Source: Tubiluchus corallicola (Eukaryota; Animalia; Priapulida). Taken from it: a DNA stretch of 64,000 nucleotides. The stretch spans positions 381,695 through 445,694 of the forward strand of contig JAQGDQ010000172.1 of NCBI GenBank assembly GCA_030141605.1, written 5' to 3'. Positions 11,801 to 23,845 of this stretch are shown here, one piece after another. The number at the start of each line of letters is the position of its first letter. Position 1 is the stretch's first letter. The position numbers and the translations under genes are program-made. The notes beneath the pieces are model-generated. The model worked only from the letters and a program-made list of their open reading frames with translations, searched no databases and was not told the origin of the DNA.

Positions 11801-14800
11801 CACAGGTCACACGTTTTATCTAATTGGGTTATCAACCAACATGGCCTGAATTCTCGTACTTATCACGCGCAATAAATCAGAGCCACCTTTTCGTAGTAAA
11901 GAACAGCTAATTAATTAGTAAGGTTCCTTTGGGTCCTTAGCAGGGAACACAAATAAAGTACATACAGCACCAGATTACAGTACTTATATAATGGACAATT
12001 AAATTTAGAAGGAAGAAATTTAATTTGAAATTTATATTATATGTAAATTCCAAATATACATGTAGCTTGACTCTAATAATTTTTTTATTAATGTTTAGTG
12101 AAAAGCCATTGTACTTTTTTAGATAGCCTACCTTTTGCAAATTTTAATTAAACGTCTTTTTTTCCTTTTGTGTTTGTGGTCACCTGCCCTGTATACATTA
12201 AATATCCCCTTGTAAGTGCAGGATTGTAATTGAAAGTTTCAAATAAAACACAGAAACGCACATTTTTAATGAAATCTACTAGATAGTTATTTTACAATAC
12301 AGTACGTAAAGGAAACGTAGCAGAATTTCAGCTCACAGTAGATTTTCAGTGAAGCAAACTGAAAATACATTCACGACAGTGAAATTGATAGAGAAATTAA
12401 AGAGAAGGCATGCATTAATGTAAGTGTGATGTTTGACGGTACTCTTTTCAGAAAGTTGTAGAACAATACCTCTAAATTGAACTGAATTCATAAGCAGCCA
12501 GAAAGTTCGGCTTTTGGCTGGATTTAAATCAGTGCGCTAACTGGTTTTTTTAACAGACTCCATTACAGACACTGTAAACCCACAGCAATACAATGAAATT
12601 AAAAGACCAAAAAACAGATACATATAATTATAGGAAAACTAAAAGGGCATGCAGACAAGAGTGTGATATTTAATTAGTGCAAAAATATGGACTGCCTACT
12701 ACATATTTGAGGCGATTTTTACTTTTTTATACAGCTTAACGTGCAAAAAACATTCTGTCACTTTCAGAGCACAGCAACAAAAATTCTGATTAAAAGCTCT
12801 GATCCTATTATTAATAACAAATGAAATCGATTAGCCGTGGAATAAACACTTTTTCTTCAACGAAAATAAAAAAATCGCTTACTTTCTACATGGAAGATTG
12901 GTTAAGATGTACACCCAAAAACCAATTAAATACGTTCATTTTGTAATACTGACTACTTTTTATAAACATTTCAGACATACAAATCAGCTCTTCCACCTTT
13001 ACTTAGCTTTTATAACAAAAAAACTCTCATGTGCTCAGGGCTGGATTACCCTACAGTCTGGTATAGGCTTCAGCCTAGAGCCCTTCAAGTATGGGGCCCA
13101 TACTTTGCTTTGCTGACTTTAGAAAAGGAGGCCAGGAAATCTGAAAATCCAATTTTAAAGTAGCTTCTCTTATGAGATAAAGAATCTCTGTTTGAGGCCT
13201 TTTATTTGAGACAATGAGCCTCTGTTTGAGACCGTTTATCAGAGATGTTCCTCTCTTTGAAGCCCTTTATTTTAAATAAGGGGCCGCAGCTGTGCAAATG
13301 TTGCTAAAATATATCACAAGTAAAAATATTCGAGACGAGTACGAGCAAATTAGAGAGTAGCTCCGTTTGAAAGGAACCTCATAATTTCATTAGCCTAGGC
13401 CCCAAAAGGTCATGATCTGGCCCTGCACGCGCTACACAAATGTGCTTATTGTAGGCCTATATTATTGTGACGTTTACAATCACAAAATAATTATGATGTA
13501 ATAGGAAATCCACAAAACAGCACCTGCGCAACAAGCTGTCCATTAACTGTAGAATATAATTATGGAAGAAAGAGTTATGTATGCAACAAAATGTTGACTT
13601 TTGAAAACCGTCAAAATATCTCATCAAAGGCCGCAATAAGACTCCATAAATCTTTCCAGCGAAATTTGAATATTACATTCCCCACACTTGATGTCCGAGA
13701 ACTTGTAATTTGGCTGTTAATTCCGAACGCTTTTTGGCGTGCACATATTTGGTATTTAAGAAAGATTTGCGACGAGCAATTCAAAATTTATCTAATTTTT
13801 ATAAAAACACAAAATTCCAAACGCTGTACATCATTAAAAATACAAAAATCATACCTACCACCATACAAAGAATTGTCATCATCTGATGTCGTTTGCGGGC
13901 TAAGGTATAGTAATAAACTGTTATAAAATGAATTATTGCACACCGCTTTAGAATTCCTAATGTCTATGTAATGATATCGGCTGTGTGCATATTTAAAACC
14001 AGTAAACGCAATGTTATGACTCTGTAAAACAACCAGCTTCACCTATTTAACTGTATTTACAGTGTATTTAAAAGAAAAATGCTAAATAATTCAACAAAAA
14101 ATAAGCCAATGTATAGCCACTTTTAAGTGTTTTACACGGATCACACCTGAAACAAATTGATGCAATATGCAGAACATATAATAGTTAAAAAATATTATCT
14201 ATCAGTTATTATACTGTCATGGATACGTTAATCGCAAGCTTACCTTATTTTATATTTTACACGTTTTTTCTTGCGTTTTATTTCTGTAGACCCGTCAACA
14301 TTCTCTGCATTATCACTCGTATTCCTCTGTTTCCTTTTTGATAATGACCTTGACCTGGATGCTGATGTTGACCTTGACCTAGTAATATCATAATTTCATT
14401 ACTTTGTGCGATTGCACTATAACGTTTTTGGGTCATATGTGTTACATTTGTGCTGCTATCGCAGTTTCTTACGTTGTCACTTCCCAAAGTCTCCAACGGG
14501 ACATTGAATGCCTTGCATTAGTTCGATTTTTCCTCCTCCGTCACCCTTTGTAACAATACACTGCGTTAAGTGTAGCTTCCAGTATCTCAAAATCCCAAAA
14601 TTTAATTACCTGGCCTAAGTGTATGATCTTGGAAGCCATCCTATAGTTAGGGCAACCAATATCAATGCAAACACCTTGTGACCAATTGTAGAAAGTGCTA
14701 CAGTGTGGCACCACCTAATCAAATATGTACCATTAGAATTTTCTAAAAGGTCAGCTCCTAAACATCGGCTCTTGTGTATAACTTTGGGTAAAATTGTAAA

Positions 14801-17800
14801 GATAACAAAACGGTAACGGTGTGATACAATAAAAACAACAAGCTGCGATCAACAATATAGCTAACATATTATTTCTGCATATATTTTTCCTCAACTCGTT
14901 ATCTAATGGTAAACTATAGAATGTAGAATATTTATTAGATGCGTGCAGTGGAATCTACTGGGTGTACCAAAAGTCCCAAATTATTTTTAAAAAGCATTTT
15001 AATTTTTCAAGAGAAACCAAATGACAATATAGTTGTTGAGTCTACCAGTCACGAGAATATTGACGGCATCAAAACTGACTTCATAGGTCTATTGTAGCGA
15101 TTTTCACCTATGTGTGTCATGCTCTTTTTTGTATGTAGCCAATGCAGCGAATTAGTACTCTACTCTGTTCTGAGGAAAATAAAAATGTATACTAAACAAG
15201 ACTGAATTAATTTAGCTCCAAATCCATGAGCGCAACGCCATGACCGCGTTTACACCTGACTATACCTTGCCGAGAGTGGGTGACTTATGTCAATACGTGT
15301 AAATTACTACTCTCCATCATTACTAATCAGTGAATCAGTACGTACGGTTCTCTTGACTAATTAACAGTTTACTGTCTCGTAACTAACGACGAGTTTAGTT
15401 ACTACAGTTTTAGAGTCATTCATTGCTATGTATTGAAATCCGCCATCACGACGGCGTTTGTGACTTGACTGTGCTTTGTCAGATGTCACTGGCCCAGCCC
15501 TTTTTAATTACTGAGTACTAGTTTTTCACGAGATCATTGCCGATTAGCTCAGAAGAAACTTGAAAACTAAATTAATGAGGGACTTGTGAGAAACACCCTG
15601 TACTGATTTTGAAATGAGCATACCTGGAGCGCTTAAGTTTGGCTTGAATGTGCTGTTTTTGGGTGTCTGATTTATCATCGGTGTCATCATATTCATCGTC
15701 ATCCTTGATTTTAAGTTTTGTCGCTGCTGGGGAACACGACAAGTTTCTATGCTTTGACCCTAACCTACAGATTTATTTAAAAACTTTAACCATGTCTGGA
15801 TTATTTATTGTATTAATACAATAACGCATTTACAGATATCTTACAGATCGAGTTGTTTTTGTTTGAGAAATAATCAAAAGATATTAATGCATAAAGCAGA
15901 ATATTAAATTAAATATTCATGCAATTACTGTAAAGACAGAGGGTTATTAATTCTCAACAGAACAGAGATATTAATAATAAAAACACTAACGGGTATAGCA
16001 TTTTAAGTGGGTACCAAAGAAAAAAGTTACTACCACATCCAACAATTGAAATTACACCGTTTCAACTATTTCCAGAATTTTTAGCGAAGAAAACTTTAAG
16101 AATTTTTTCTGAAAACGTTTTTCAAACACCCTGTTAACTACCAACTTACCCTAGATTTGAATCCAGAACGAGCAAAGAATTAACAAGGGGAAATACTTAT
16201 TAGAAATATATTGTCATCACAAAAACTATTGTACGAAATTTTATACAAAATGACATATATCTGTGGTAAAAATTTTAGTTAACACAAATTTAATACACAT
16301 GATTTACGACACTGATATGTTATATGTTGCGTATTTTTGTACAGTAATACTTATTTTTAGAATAAAAGAATTCATCGCAATTTACAACAAAATAGTGAGC
16401 TATTTCAGAGCTAGATAAATAACATAAGAAACTAAATGTACGTGAGCTTAGCCCTGTTGGAAAAAACTAGCAGGGATATTTACAGATAAGCTGATTTTTG
16501 TTCTTTGCATTGACTATTAAAGGAGAAATAAAATTAGACCTGCTATTAAGCCTGCCCATGCATTTATTGAATTTTATTACTGCGTTTTATTTATTGAATC
16601 GAAAAGCATATTATTGAAACTAGCCGAATAAGCGGTAAGCCCAAACAAAATTTTGTCTTTTTGAAAAATACAACCATAACTATATATCTGTGCAACAGAC
16701 TGCTCATGCAACAGGCTTGAGCAGTCTCGCAGTGTTAAACTAAAATGTCAAATATCAGCTATTACGACATTGCGTTGATTTAAAAGCTATGTGCTGATTT
16801 TTTAACTAATAAGTTTATTTTCAATCCACTTAACAAAATTATATTAAGTTTGAATACCTTATCGTTTTGCTTGCTTCGGTTTCAATTTCACTCAATTTTT
16901 CTGAAGGTCTAATCTTTCTGAAATGTTCCATATAGATGCTAGTAATACTCATACATACATTTTTATACTTACATAGAATTTTAGCTTAAGGGCAAAAAAC
17001 TATGTGCCTTCTTTTATCCCCATTTACAATTATTTATAATTTTCAGTTTAAATAGTTTATTCGATGTCAGTAATAGTAAATTAAACTAGGAATCAGTAAA
17101 TTATATTTAAACGTTGAGGCGATTCAGACGGTCAGAAAGTGTTTTTTGAAAACAAGCATGTTGCCCTATACATTTTTCATAGTTCTTCCAGTCTTTAAAA
17201 TATTGTAAGTGTAACAAAGATAAACATATTAAACAACAAACAATAAATATAAGAAACCCTAGTTGTTTTGTACAGAGGCTTGTAAACTGACTATAGTTAT
17301 ACTTACAGGCCTACACATTTTGAAATGTTAATAACAGTTTTTTTCACATTTAGTTAGATAAAAAATTGATAAAAATATGCAGAACGTGCCATTAACATTG
17401 AACAACAAAATTAATTATGGCTTTTCAGTTAAACAAATTGCTGTTGTTTTTCAATCATATTTTTGTAATAATATTTTATTATGTTGGCTACCTTTTAGCA
17501 TCTTTGACCAAGTGATGATGCATACGGCGTTTTTTCTCTTGTTTGTTTATATCTTCTAGTGACTTCCTGTAAATTAACGATGTAATCATATAACTGCAGC
17601 GACAAGACTATTACTCACAAATTTCCTGGTAAAGAAATGTCAAAGAAAATAATTGTTGAATTTCTTGTAATGTTGAACATCTATTCTTAACTGGTAGAAG
17701 CAAAGGTTTCATTCAATTTTTCTAGCAACTTTTTATTATCGAAGAAAATTTTTTATAAAATACAGTGATAAAGTTACTCATAAAGTTTGACAAAACTTGT

Positions 17801-18605
17801 TTCATAACTCGTTATCTAGTCAAAGGTCTGCGAAAACGTTCATGTCTGATACATAAATTGTAAGTTTTTTAAACCATTCTAGATAATATTCTCATTTGTC
17901 TGGCTTTACAAAATTAAAAAATTAATGAAACTATTGAGCCGTTCTAGCCACATTTTAACTAATAATAATAATGATGATAATAATTTTTATTTGAAGTCGG
18001 CTTTTGTGTGAACAATTAACCTGAGCTCAAGGAGCTATTATCGCGCATTTTTAACCTAAACACCACGCGCCAGGCGAGGCAACAGCAGGTACCATTTTTG
18101 AAGTCTTTGACCGGCCGCTGTATCGAACTCACAACCTCCCAGACGCAAAGCAGACGACGCGTTACCAATAAGCTAAACCGACTCGTCTAGTTCAGAGAAG
18201 TGTTATAAGGCATAAAATACGCTTTTAACTACTATAAATGCAAAAAAAACATTTCAGCAAATCAAGTTTTTAATGTACTCACTTTAGCAAGTTTTCCGTG
18301 GAAATAGGCCTACTTTTCTTTCTTTTGTCTTTAATGAGAGGTTTTGCATAATCTTTTTGATAAATTCTGGAAGGAAAAAACATAAGAATAACTTTCATTT
18401 AACAGTGACTGATTACAGAAAGCCACCATTGCAGAAAAAATACTTTTAACGTTGGAGGGCTTAATCACAAATTTATATTGTTAAAACATTTAATAAATTT
18501 TTGTAATGAACAAATTCTTATAACTTACATCGTGATCTCATCACTGCTAGCTTTAAGGTTATCTGTTGCTCCTACAGAGGAATTTCTTCTAGTTGGGTTG
18601 TCCAT
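5664..18605 (-). CDS. Srrm234: SRRM3/SRRM4-like (Srrm2/3/4 family) RS-rich splicing factor with C-terminal eMIC domain; spliced CDS join(18605-18529,15764-15624,14378-14244,11381-11288,11078-10995,9747-9110,7637-7449,5835-5664), 1530 nt, ~509 aa
   Basis: Eight exons with GT-AG boundaries and compatible phases (2,2,2,0,0,2,2) give one continuous ORF from MDNPTRRNSS to SRSRSYSR*. The last junction reconstitutes RRRIT-S-ARKRPVPY, matching the SRRM3/4 eMIC core (RRITSARKRPIPYY). RS repeats throughout. Start codon and 5' exons are less certain. Confidence 0.88.
6115..6699. mobile_element. ~585-bp imperfect foldback palindrome (old MITE-like element) in the intron that splits eMIC
   Basis: Arms ~6115-6378 and ~6447-6699 are reverse complements (tcgactgcaaa/tttgcagtcga; ttgatgaggt/acctcatcaa; ctttaaataagagatca/tgatctcttaattaaag). 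Confidence 0.8.
7449..7637 (-). CDS. Srrm234: Penultimate exon (189 nt, phase 2-2): RS repeats and first half of eMIC (RKRVSPSFKSRRRIT)
   Basis: AATTTGCAG|G TCA CAA ... ATC ACC AG|GTTTGC. An in-frame TGA just upstream fixes the acceptor. Confidence 0.9.
7834..7867 (-). other. Candidate frame-shifting (poison) microexon, 5-34 nt depending on the AG used
   Basis: ~120-nt UC/pyrimidine tract, three TGC motifs, first AG at 7869-7868, TCA|GTAAGT donor. Confidence 0.55.
9110..9747 (-). CDS. Srrm234: Large RS/SP-rich exon (638 nt, phase 0-2)
   Basis: TTTTTCAG|AGT AAT TCG...; contains the 200-aa ORF 9100..9702. Donor TCGAG|GTATAA is in phase 2, matching the next exon. Confidence 0.88.
10995..11078 (-). 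CDS. Srrm234: Basic exon LLKRKKPKRKRKSSSRNHSHSHNVEKSK (84 nt, phase 0-0; NLS-like)
   Basis: TTGCTTTTCAG| acceptor, AAA|GTATGT donor, open frame. Confidence 0.82.
11288..11381 (-). CDS. Srrm234: Exon SLTGQGSGEKPKKLRRRREGDHLRKRDENGK (94 nt, phase 2-0; NAGNAG acceptor)
   Basis: TCGTTTCAG|CAG acceptor, AAG|GTATGC donor, open frame. Confidence 0.8.
11755..11850 (-). mobile_element. Degenerate tRNA-derived SINE head
   Basis: B-box-like GGAGTTCGAATCTTG on the minus strand with a decayed A-box region. Confidence 0.35.
13036..13425 (+). mobile_element. hAT-type MITE
   Basis: TIRs CAGGGCTGGATTA / TGATCTGGCCCTG. Flanking 8-mers CATGTGCT / CACGCGCT look like a TSD with CpG decay. An inverted second copy lies at ~30371-30825. 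Confidence 0.8.
14244..14378 (-). CDS. Srrm234: Exon SRSTSASRSRSLSKRKQ...KRKKKRVKYKI (135 nt, phase 2-2)
   Basis: Donor AAG|GTAAGC. The acceptor TTACTAG| is weak but is bounded by an in-frame upstream TGA. RS content. Confidence 0.78.
14958..15600. mobile_element. Tc1/mariner-type non-autonomous element
   Basis: TA-CTGGGTGTACCAAAAGTCCC ... GGGACTTGTGAGAAACACCCTG-TA: imperfect TIRs with a TA TSD. Confidence 0.65.
15624..15764 (-). CDS. Srrm234: Exon LGSKHRNLSCSP...DDDEYDDTDD...KLKRS (141 nt, phase 2-2)
   Basis: TCTGTAG| acceptor, CAG|GTATGC donor, open frame with an acidic patch. Confidence 0.78.
16150..16150 (-). other. Candidate 1-nt microexon (TAG|G|GTAAGT)
   Basis: CTAAT/TTAAT branch-like motifs, pyrimidine tract containing TGC, then TAG-G-GTAAGT. 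Confidence 0.4.
17961..18185 (-). mobile_element. tRNA-derived SINE with Meta-domain-like core
   Basis: tRNA-like head (TAGCTTATTGGTAA...GAGTTCGATAC), core AAAGACTTCAAAAATGGTACCTGCTGTTGCCTCGCCTGGCGC, (TTA/TCA)n tail. Confidence 0.75.
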
Positions 18606-18606
18606 T
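18529..18606 (-). CDS. Srrm234: Exon containing the putative start MDNPTRRNSSVGATDNLKASSDEIT (78 nt)
   Basis: Strong TTTCTATTTTTCAG| acceptor and GAT|GTAAGT donor. Only one frame is open, and it matches the downstream phase 2. Confidence 0.75.
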
Positions 18607-19267
18607 CTGAAAAATAGAAACATACCTTCACATACCGTTAAAATGCAAACAAATTAGGATGAAATTTGGCACAAAACTAGGATGTGTAATTAAAAATTTT
18701 TCCGGATCGAAAAGCAAATCTTAATGAGCTTAGTAAGCGTACATCGTTTAGAACATCTTTTAGGAAACCTAAAATATATACCAAAAGAAAATGACAAGTC
18801 AACAGAGCTCTAAAGGCTTAACAGAGTAATTGTAGTTAGTAACTTGAAATAAAGTACAGACAATGCATATAATAATCCTAGAATATAATTTCAGTCTCAA
18901 ATTCTAAACTTGGCGATACGTGTTAAAGTTCAAGTTACGCTGATGAGGACTTTGTGATTAAAATGCTGTCACAAAAATGCATTGAGACTTGGATAATTTA
19001 GTTTTACTTCTACAATCATAATGGCAAGTATTAAGAGAGTACTCAATTTCTTGGCCTCTATGGTTTTCCAGATGACTCAGCCTATATTACACACTGATCT
19101 GATGGCACACATTCATTAATAATAATATTTTCTGATAATAATCTTTGTGTAAGCTCGTAGCCCTGGCGAATCCTACTGTGTTTTTCATTGGCTAAGCGGG
19201 ACGGAATACCGTTAGATTCGCTAGGAGCACGTGGCGTTCCGGATTGTTATCACTGCAGGTGTACCTA

Positions 19268-19335
19268 ACAGTAGCCGAGGGCGGACTCAGGTGCAACAGT
19301 AGCCGAGGGCGGACTCAGGTGCAGCAGTAGTCGAA
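19268..19335. repeat. ~28-bp GC-rich tandem repeat (~2.3 copies)
   Basis: acagtagccgagggcggactcaggtgca repeated. Confidence 0.85.
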
Positions 19336-20456
19336 AGAGATTCAGGCAGCGATTAGTACTAAATATAGCAAAATCCAAATTTGTTAAACATAAGCACTTT
19401 TATATTATCCCAATTCCAAAATATTTTTTGTGATATCAGTTTGCTTGATGACAAAACAGTAAATCACGCGACTATGAAACGCATACCACAGTAAATTTAA
19501 AAGGCAAATATTTTGATGTTGATCTCTCAGTTTTATATACATTTATGCGCTTAAATATTCTGGAATTATTTGGCAAATAGTTTTTTGTGCAAATCGATAG
19601 TTATTAATACGAGTTATTGTTACATTATTGTTATATATTATTACATATCCTTTTCATACAAGCTTAAAAACAGACCTGTTTCTTTATTTGCTCGACAATG
19701 CCTTCCTCACTATCCACACTTATACATATGATCAAAACAACTCCTAAAATGAAAAAGTATTTTGACTAATTATTATTACCGTTTATCAAAAAGCTACAAT
19801 GTTAGCATTAAAAGAACCACAAATAATACGTTGAATATTTTTTGTATGAATAGTTCCTAAAATTACAAGCAACTATAATCTTTTACACCATTGTATACTA
19901 CAAAAGCCGTTGATTTCAAATTTAATTCCACGCAATTCTTACAGCAAGCAAAAGCTGTAGCCCTTGTGTGCTGTATGAGTGATTATTGCAAGCACAAGAT
20001 CGATAATGTATCGATTCGAAAATGTAAATATAGGCTATGCTTTACCCAGCTACCGATACTTGTGTGTGACTACAATGACGTTGTAAAACAAAAAATCTCA
20101 AGAACAATAACATTGATTTCTGAAATGATGCTTTTTTCTTAATAATTTATTTATTAAAATGTTCATGAACGATTAATCATGAAATTTCGTGATGCACAAA
20201 TACTGAAAGCGAAACAGCAGGCAAATGTGTTACAATAAACAAGTTTTTAATTTCTCTATCAATTAAGCTTTATCGAACAATTATTATTGCAAATTGTTTG
20301 ATGTCTATAGGCCTGCCATCGTGGTAAAACAAAGAATATCACTTAAAGATACCGTGCGCACCTATAGTAACACTGCAGCCTCCTGTTTTTCTCATTTTGC
20401 CAATGGAAAACATATAAACTTATTGATGATTTGCTAGAGCAAAAATCCATACTTAC

Positions 20457-20533
20457 CATTCTTGCGGCCCATAAATGGTACTCGTTTTTTCAGCACCTAT
20501 TTGTTTTTCATTCCATCCAGTACACTTTTTCAT
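20457..20533 (-). CDS. Candidate upstream exon / alternative N-terminus MKKCTGWNEKQIGAEKTSTIYGPQE
   Basis: Consensus ATG|GTAAGT donor; ATG-initiated open frame ending in phase 2. Confidence 0.45.
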
Positions 20534-21289
20534 GCGAATGTATGAGAGAGAGAGAGAGACAATGGAGCTGTTAAATATGGACAGATGTTACAATAATTTG
20601 CATAAAACGTCGCGCGCATGATGCAGTAGCTTCTGTACAGATCAATGAGATGCTATTGATCGTAATTATTGTGTATTCCTGCCGCTAGACGGAAGCACAT
20701 TGCAGTTCGCCCAAAGTTGAATTATTTTCTTAAGTTTTAAACGAGAAACAAAGCTCGTCGTACTTCCGCTAAAATTTATGCATAACCAATATTTGACGTT
20801 AATATTGTCTAGCGTGTTGCGTCTTTTGTCATTGAACGTGTGTGTTAGCAACTTTTTTGCCAATATGACACAATATTAGAATGTCGCATGCAATTCGTAA
20901 ATAATTCTATAAATAATTACTAATTTCACTGGTGTTTTGTTGAATTTTATAATTGTCCGAATTTTGGCCTATAATAAAATTAAATCGATTGGGCTTATTA
21001 TTATGAAAATATTATTATTACACCTTCGTATTGATGTTATTGTGATAATTAATTTAAATATTTATTTTTAAACAATATGTACTAATTTATTTCGTTTAAA
21101 TATTAGCTTCATAACATCAACAATTTTTCGGAAACATGTTGATGTTTGCACCCGTGTTGCTTAGTTTTTGAAGGTGCCTGTATGTTTCTATATTCATGAA
21201 TGGCACTAATTACTTAAACTTATAACAGTAATGAGCCATTGCCAAAGTACATAAGTGAACTATAACGAAGACCATTTGGACTATGATCC

Positions 21290-21590
21290 ACTTTCATTTC
21301 ATGATCCACTTTATTTCACTTCACTTCATTTCACTTCATTTCGCTTCATTTCACTTCATTTCGCTTCACTTCACTTCACTTCATTTCATTTCACTTCATT
21401 TCACTTCATTTCGCTTCACTTCACTTCATTTCACTTCACTTCATTTCATTTAATTTCTTTCACTTCAGTTCACTTCACTTCACTTCATTTCACTTCACTT
21501 CATTTCACTTAATTTCATTTCACTTCACTTCATTTCACTTCGCTTCACTTCACTTCATTTCACTGTACTTCACTTCATTTTACCTTACCT
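21290..21590. repeat. (TTCAC/TTCAT)n pentanucleotide microsatellite
   Basis: Direct inspection. Confidence 0.95.
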
Positions 21591-23239
21591 CGCCCACATC
21601 ACCACATGTTACTTACCACACCTCGTCTCTTCTTGACTCACTTCAGTTTTACCTAACATTGTTCACTTATTTTAAGGAACTTCGTTTCTTAGTCATTATG
21701 CGAAATATAGGTCCATATTTCACCGAACATTTCAGCAATGATACTTATTGCATAACCTATGATTACGTGTATATCTCCTTTCACGTTGTGGACATGAAAG
21801 CTTGCAAGTGTTAAATACGCTTCACCAATGTATCGTACTGAAGCCACGCGCTGGTCATGCAATCTATCTTTTCGTTTCACTAATCACGGGAAAGATTTAG
21901 CTCAGCAATACGCTACTCCATTTGATAAAATGGCACAGTTACGTCTAATGAGTAGAACAGTGTCATTTTCTTAAGTAAAATTCTCTAATGTTTCTCAGCT
22001 TGATCTCTTAATGGGTATTCCATTAAACCTCTGAACGTACTCCTTGCTCTTCTTGCAGGCCAATGCATGCAGTCTCGACTGTATTTCATCATTTCTCAGA
22101 TATCAGAATGTTGTGTGGTTGACGTTTAGGAATTGTTTTGGCTCTTATAGAGATAACTACGACAAAAGATAAAGGTATTTTTAAAGCTAGAAATAGCATC
22201 ATTCTTTTAGCATGGCAACAACTCACGTACGATAAAATACTATAAGCTCAAATTGCAATGATGGGAGTTTGATATAACAGCACATGCGCACGTTTGGTTT
22301 GAAGGTCATAAGTGAAGCCTAACAAGACAGTAATTACAAATTTTGTCTACATGACGTTTGACATGAAACAACGTAAAATGTGTGGGCGGTTGCCTAGAGC
22401 TGCGATGAAACGAAATTGATGATGACTCTTTGAGTACAGTGTTACACCTTGACGAGTTAGGCCTATAAGTCAGTTTTTCGTATGTAAGAATTAAAGAAAT
22501 GTATGTAAAATCCGATTAAACGATAAACACTACAGTCGGCCACCTCGCTTTAAACAAAAAATATATTATTATATTAGCTAAACACTAGGTTAAAATTTCT
22601 CATATAAATTTACTGAAATTTATGTGGCATTTGAAAAACTTCTTCTGTTACTCATTAGACTATATTCGTTAGTTTATATTCTTTGCTTTGTTTACTTTCA
22701 CAGGGTGAGATAATCTAACAAGCCCTGCTTTTTGATTGCCCCGCAGCGCATTTACATTTATATATAGGTAGGCACGAGTGTGAGGCTTTTTTGATCAGAA
22801 ACAGTAAACAAAATATACCGTGTTCATCGTAGGCCTTTTCATTGTATTTTCGTACACAAAATTGTTGTAAATGTGTTATGTGAAATAAATGACTTATGAT
22901 TTATTGTGACTTACTAGACCAATACATAGAATGTCATATATCATGGCCAACTCGCAACTTTCCAATCTCGCGGGCGTTTTTTAAATGGGACTTTGTAAGA
23001 AAAAGGAATATTACATCTGCTTTTCATCCAATAATATAATTGTTTAGTTGAATTTTCTAAAATATCATAATCGAATGCATGAAAGTATTAGTTATGAATA
23101 TAAATTATATAGCCGTGCCAAATAATTTCCGAATTGCTTTTTCATTATGCAAAACACCTTTATATTGTTGTTCCACTTATTAATCTATAGCTTAACTTAG
23201 TTAAATTAACCTACCTCGATTCACTGAACTTTCTTAAGC

Positions 23240-23845
23240 GAGATGCATATACTTGGGTTAGATTTGTTAACGATATCTTTAGCTTTACCGGATTTTGGCA
23301 AATCTGGGATAATCAGCACAATAACAATATAAATAAAAAAAATTGTTGCAAACGCTTAAATTAACATTTGAAAGTAAGTATTTATTCAAATTGATAGATG
23401 ATATCAATAGAGTATCTAATAATGAAAATCCGGAAGGAAAAAAGTTGAGAACCTACTGCAAAGCAAAAAACGGTTATGGAAAATTATTTGCTCACCAACA
23501 TTTTGACTCCAAAACTAAAACAGCTTTTTGTAAACTATGAATAAGTGCCCATAGTCTAGCCATTGAAACAGGCACGCATCATAAATGGTACAAGTTACCA
23601 ATAAACGAAAGAATTCGTAGACAACTAAGAGGAAGATGAATTGCACATGATGCTTTTCTGCCATATATATAAGCATAGTAGGCAGAATATGTTCGCACAA
23701 ATTAATTCTTTATGTCCTGGTTTTCTAGATATGCCTGGTAAAGATAAACTGATTTTTCTAATTGGGACCAATGATGTGGATATTTTAAATATAGTGTGTA
23801 ACTATGTAAAATATTGCTTTACAAATAGGTCAGGAATTTAATTGT
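23240..23845 (+). mobile_element. 3' end of a decayed non-LTR retrotransposon ORF2
   Basis: KLRTYCK..., ISAHSLAIETG and EDELHMMLFC C-terminal motifs, with frameshifts. Confidence 0.75.

Noticed and set aside
14380-14550. Coding-looking sequence upstream of the 14378 acceptor (ORF 14278..14496)
   Set aside because: Out of frame with the RS exon and would need two frameshifts; no consistent splice model.
17301-17320. 4-nt microexon pattern TAG|GCCT|GTAAGT
   Set aside because: Poor pyrimidine tract and no TGC; probably chance.
20489-20497. REST/RE1 left half-site TTCAGCACC in the upstream exon
   Set aside because: The right half (GGACAG) is absent; a 9-mer alone is not evidence.
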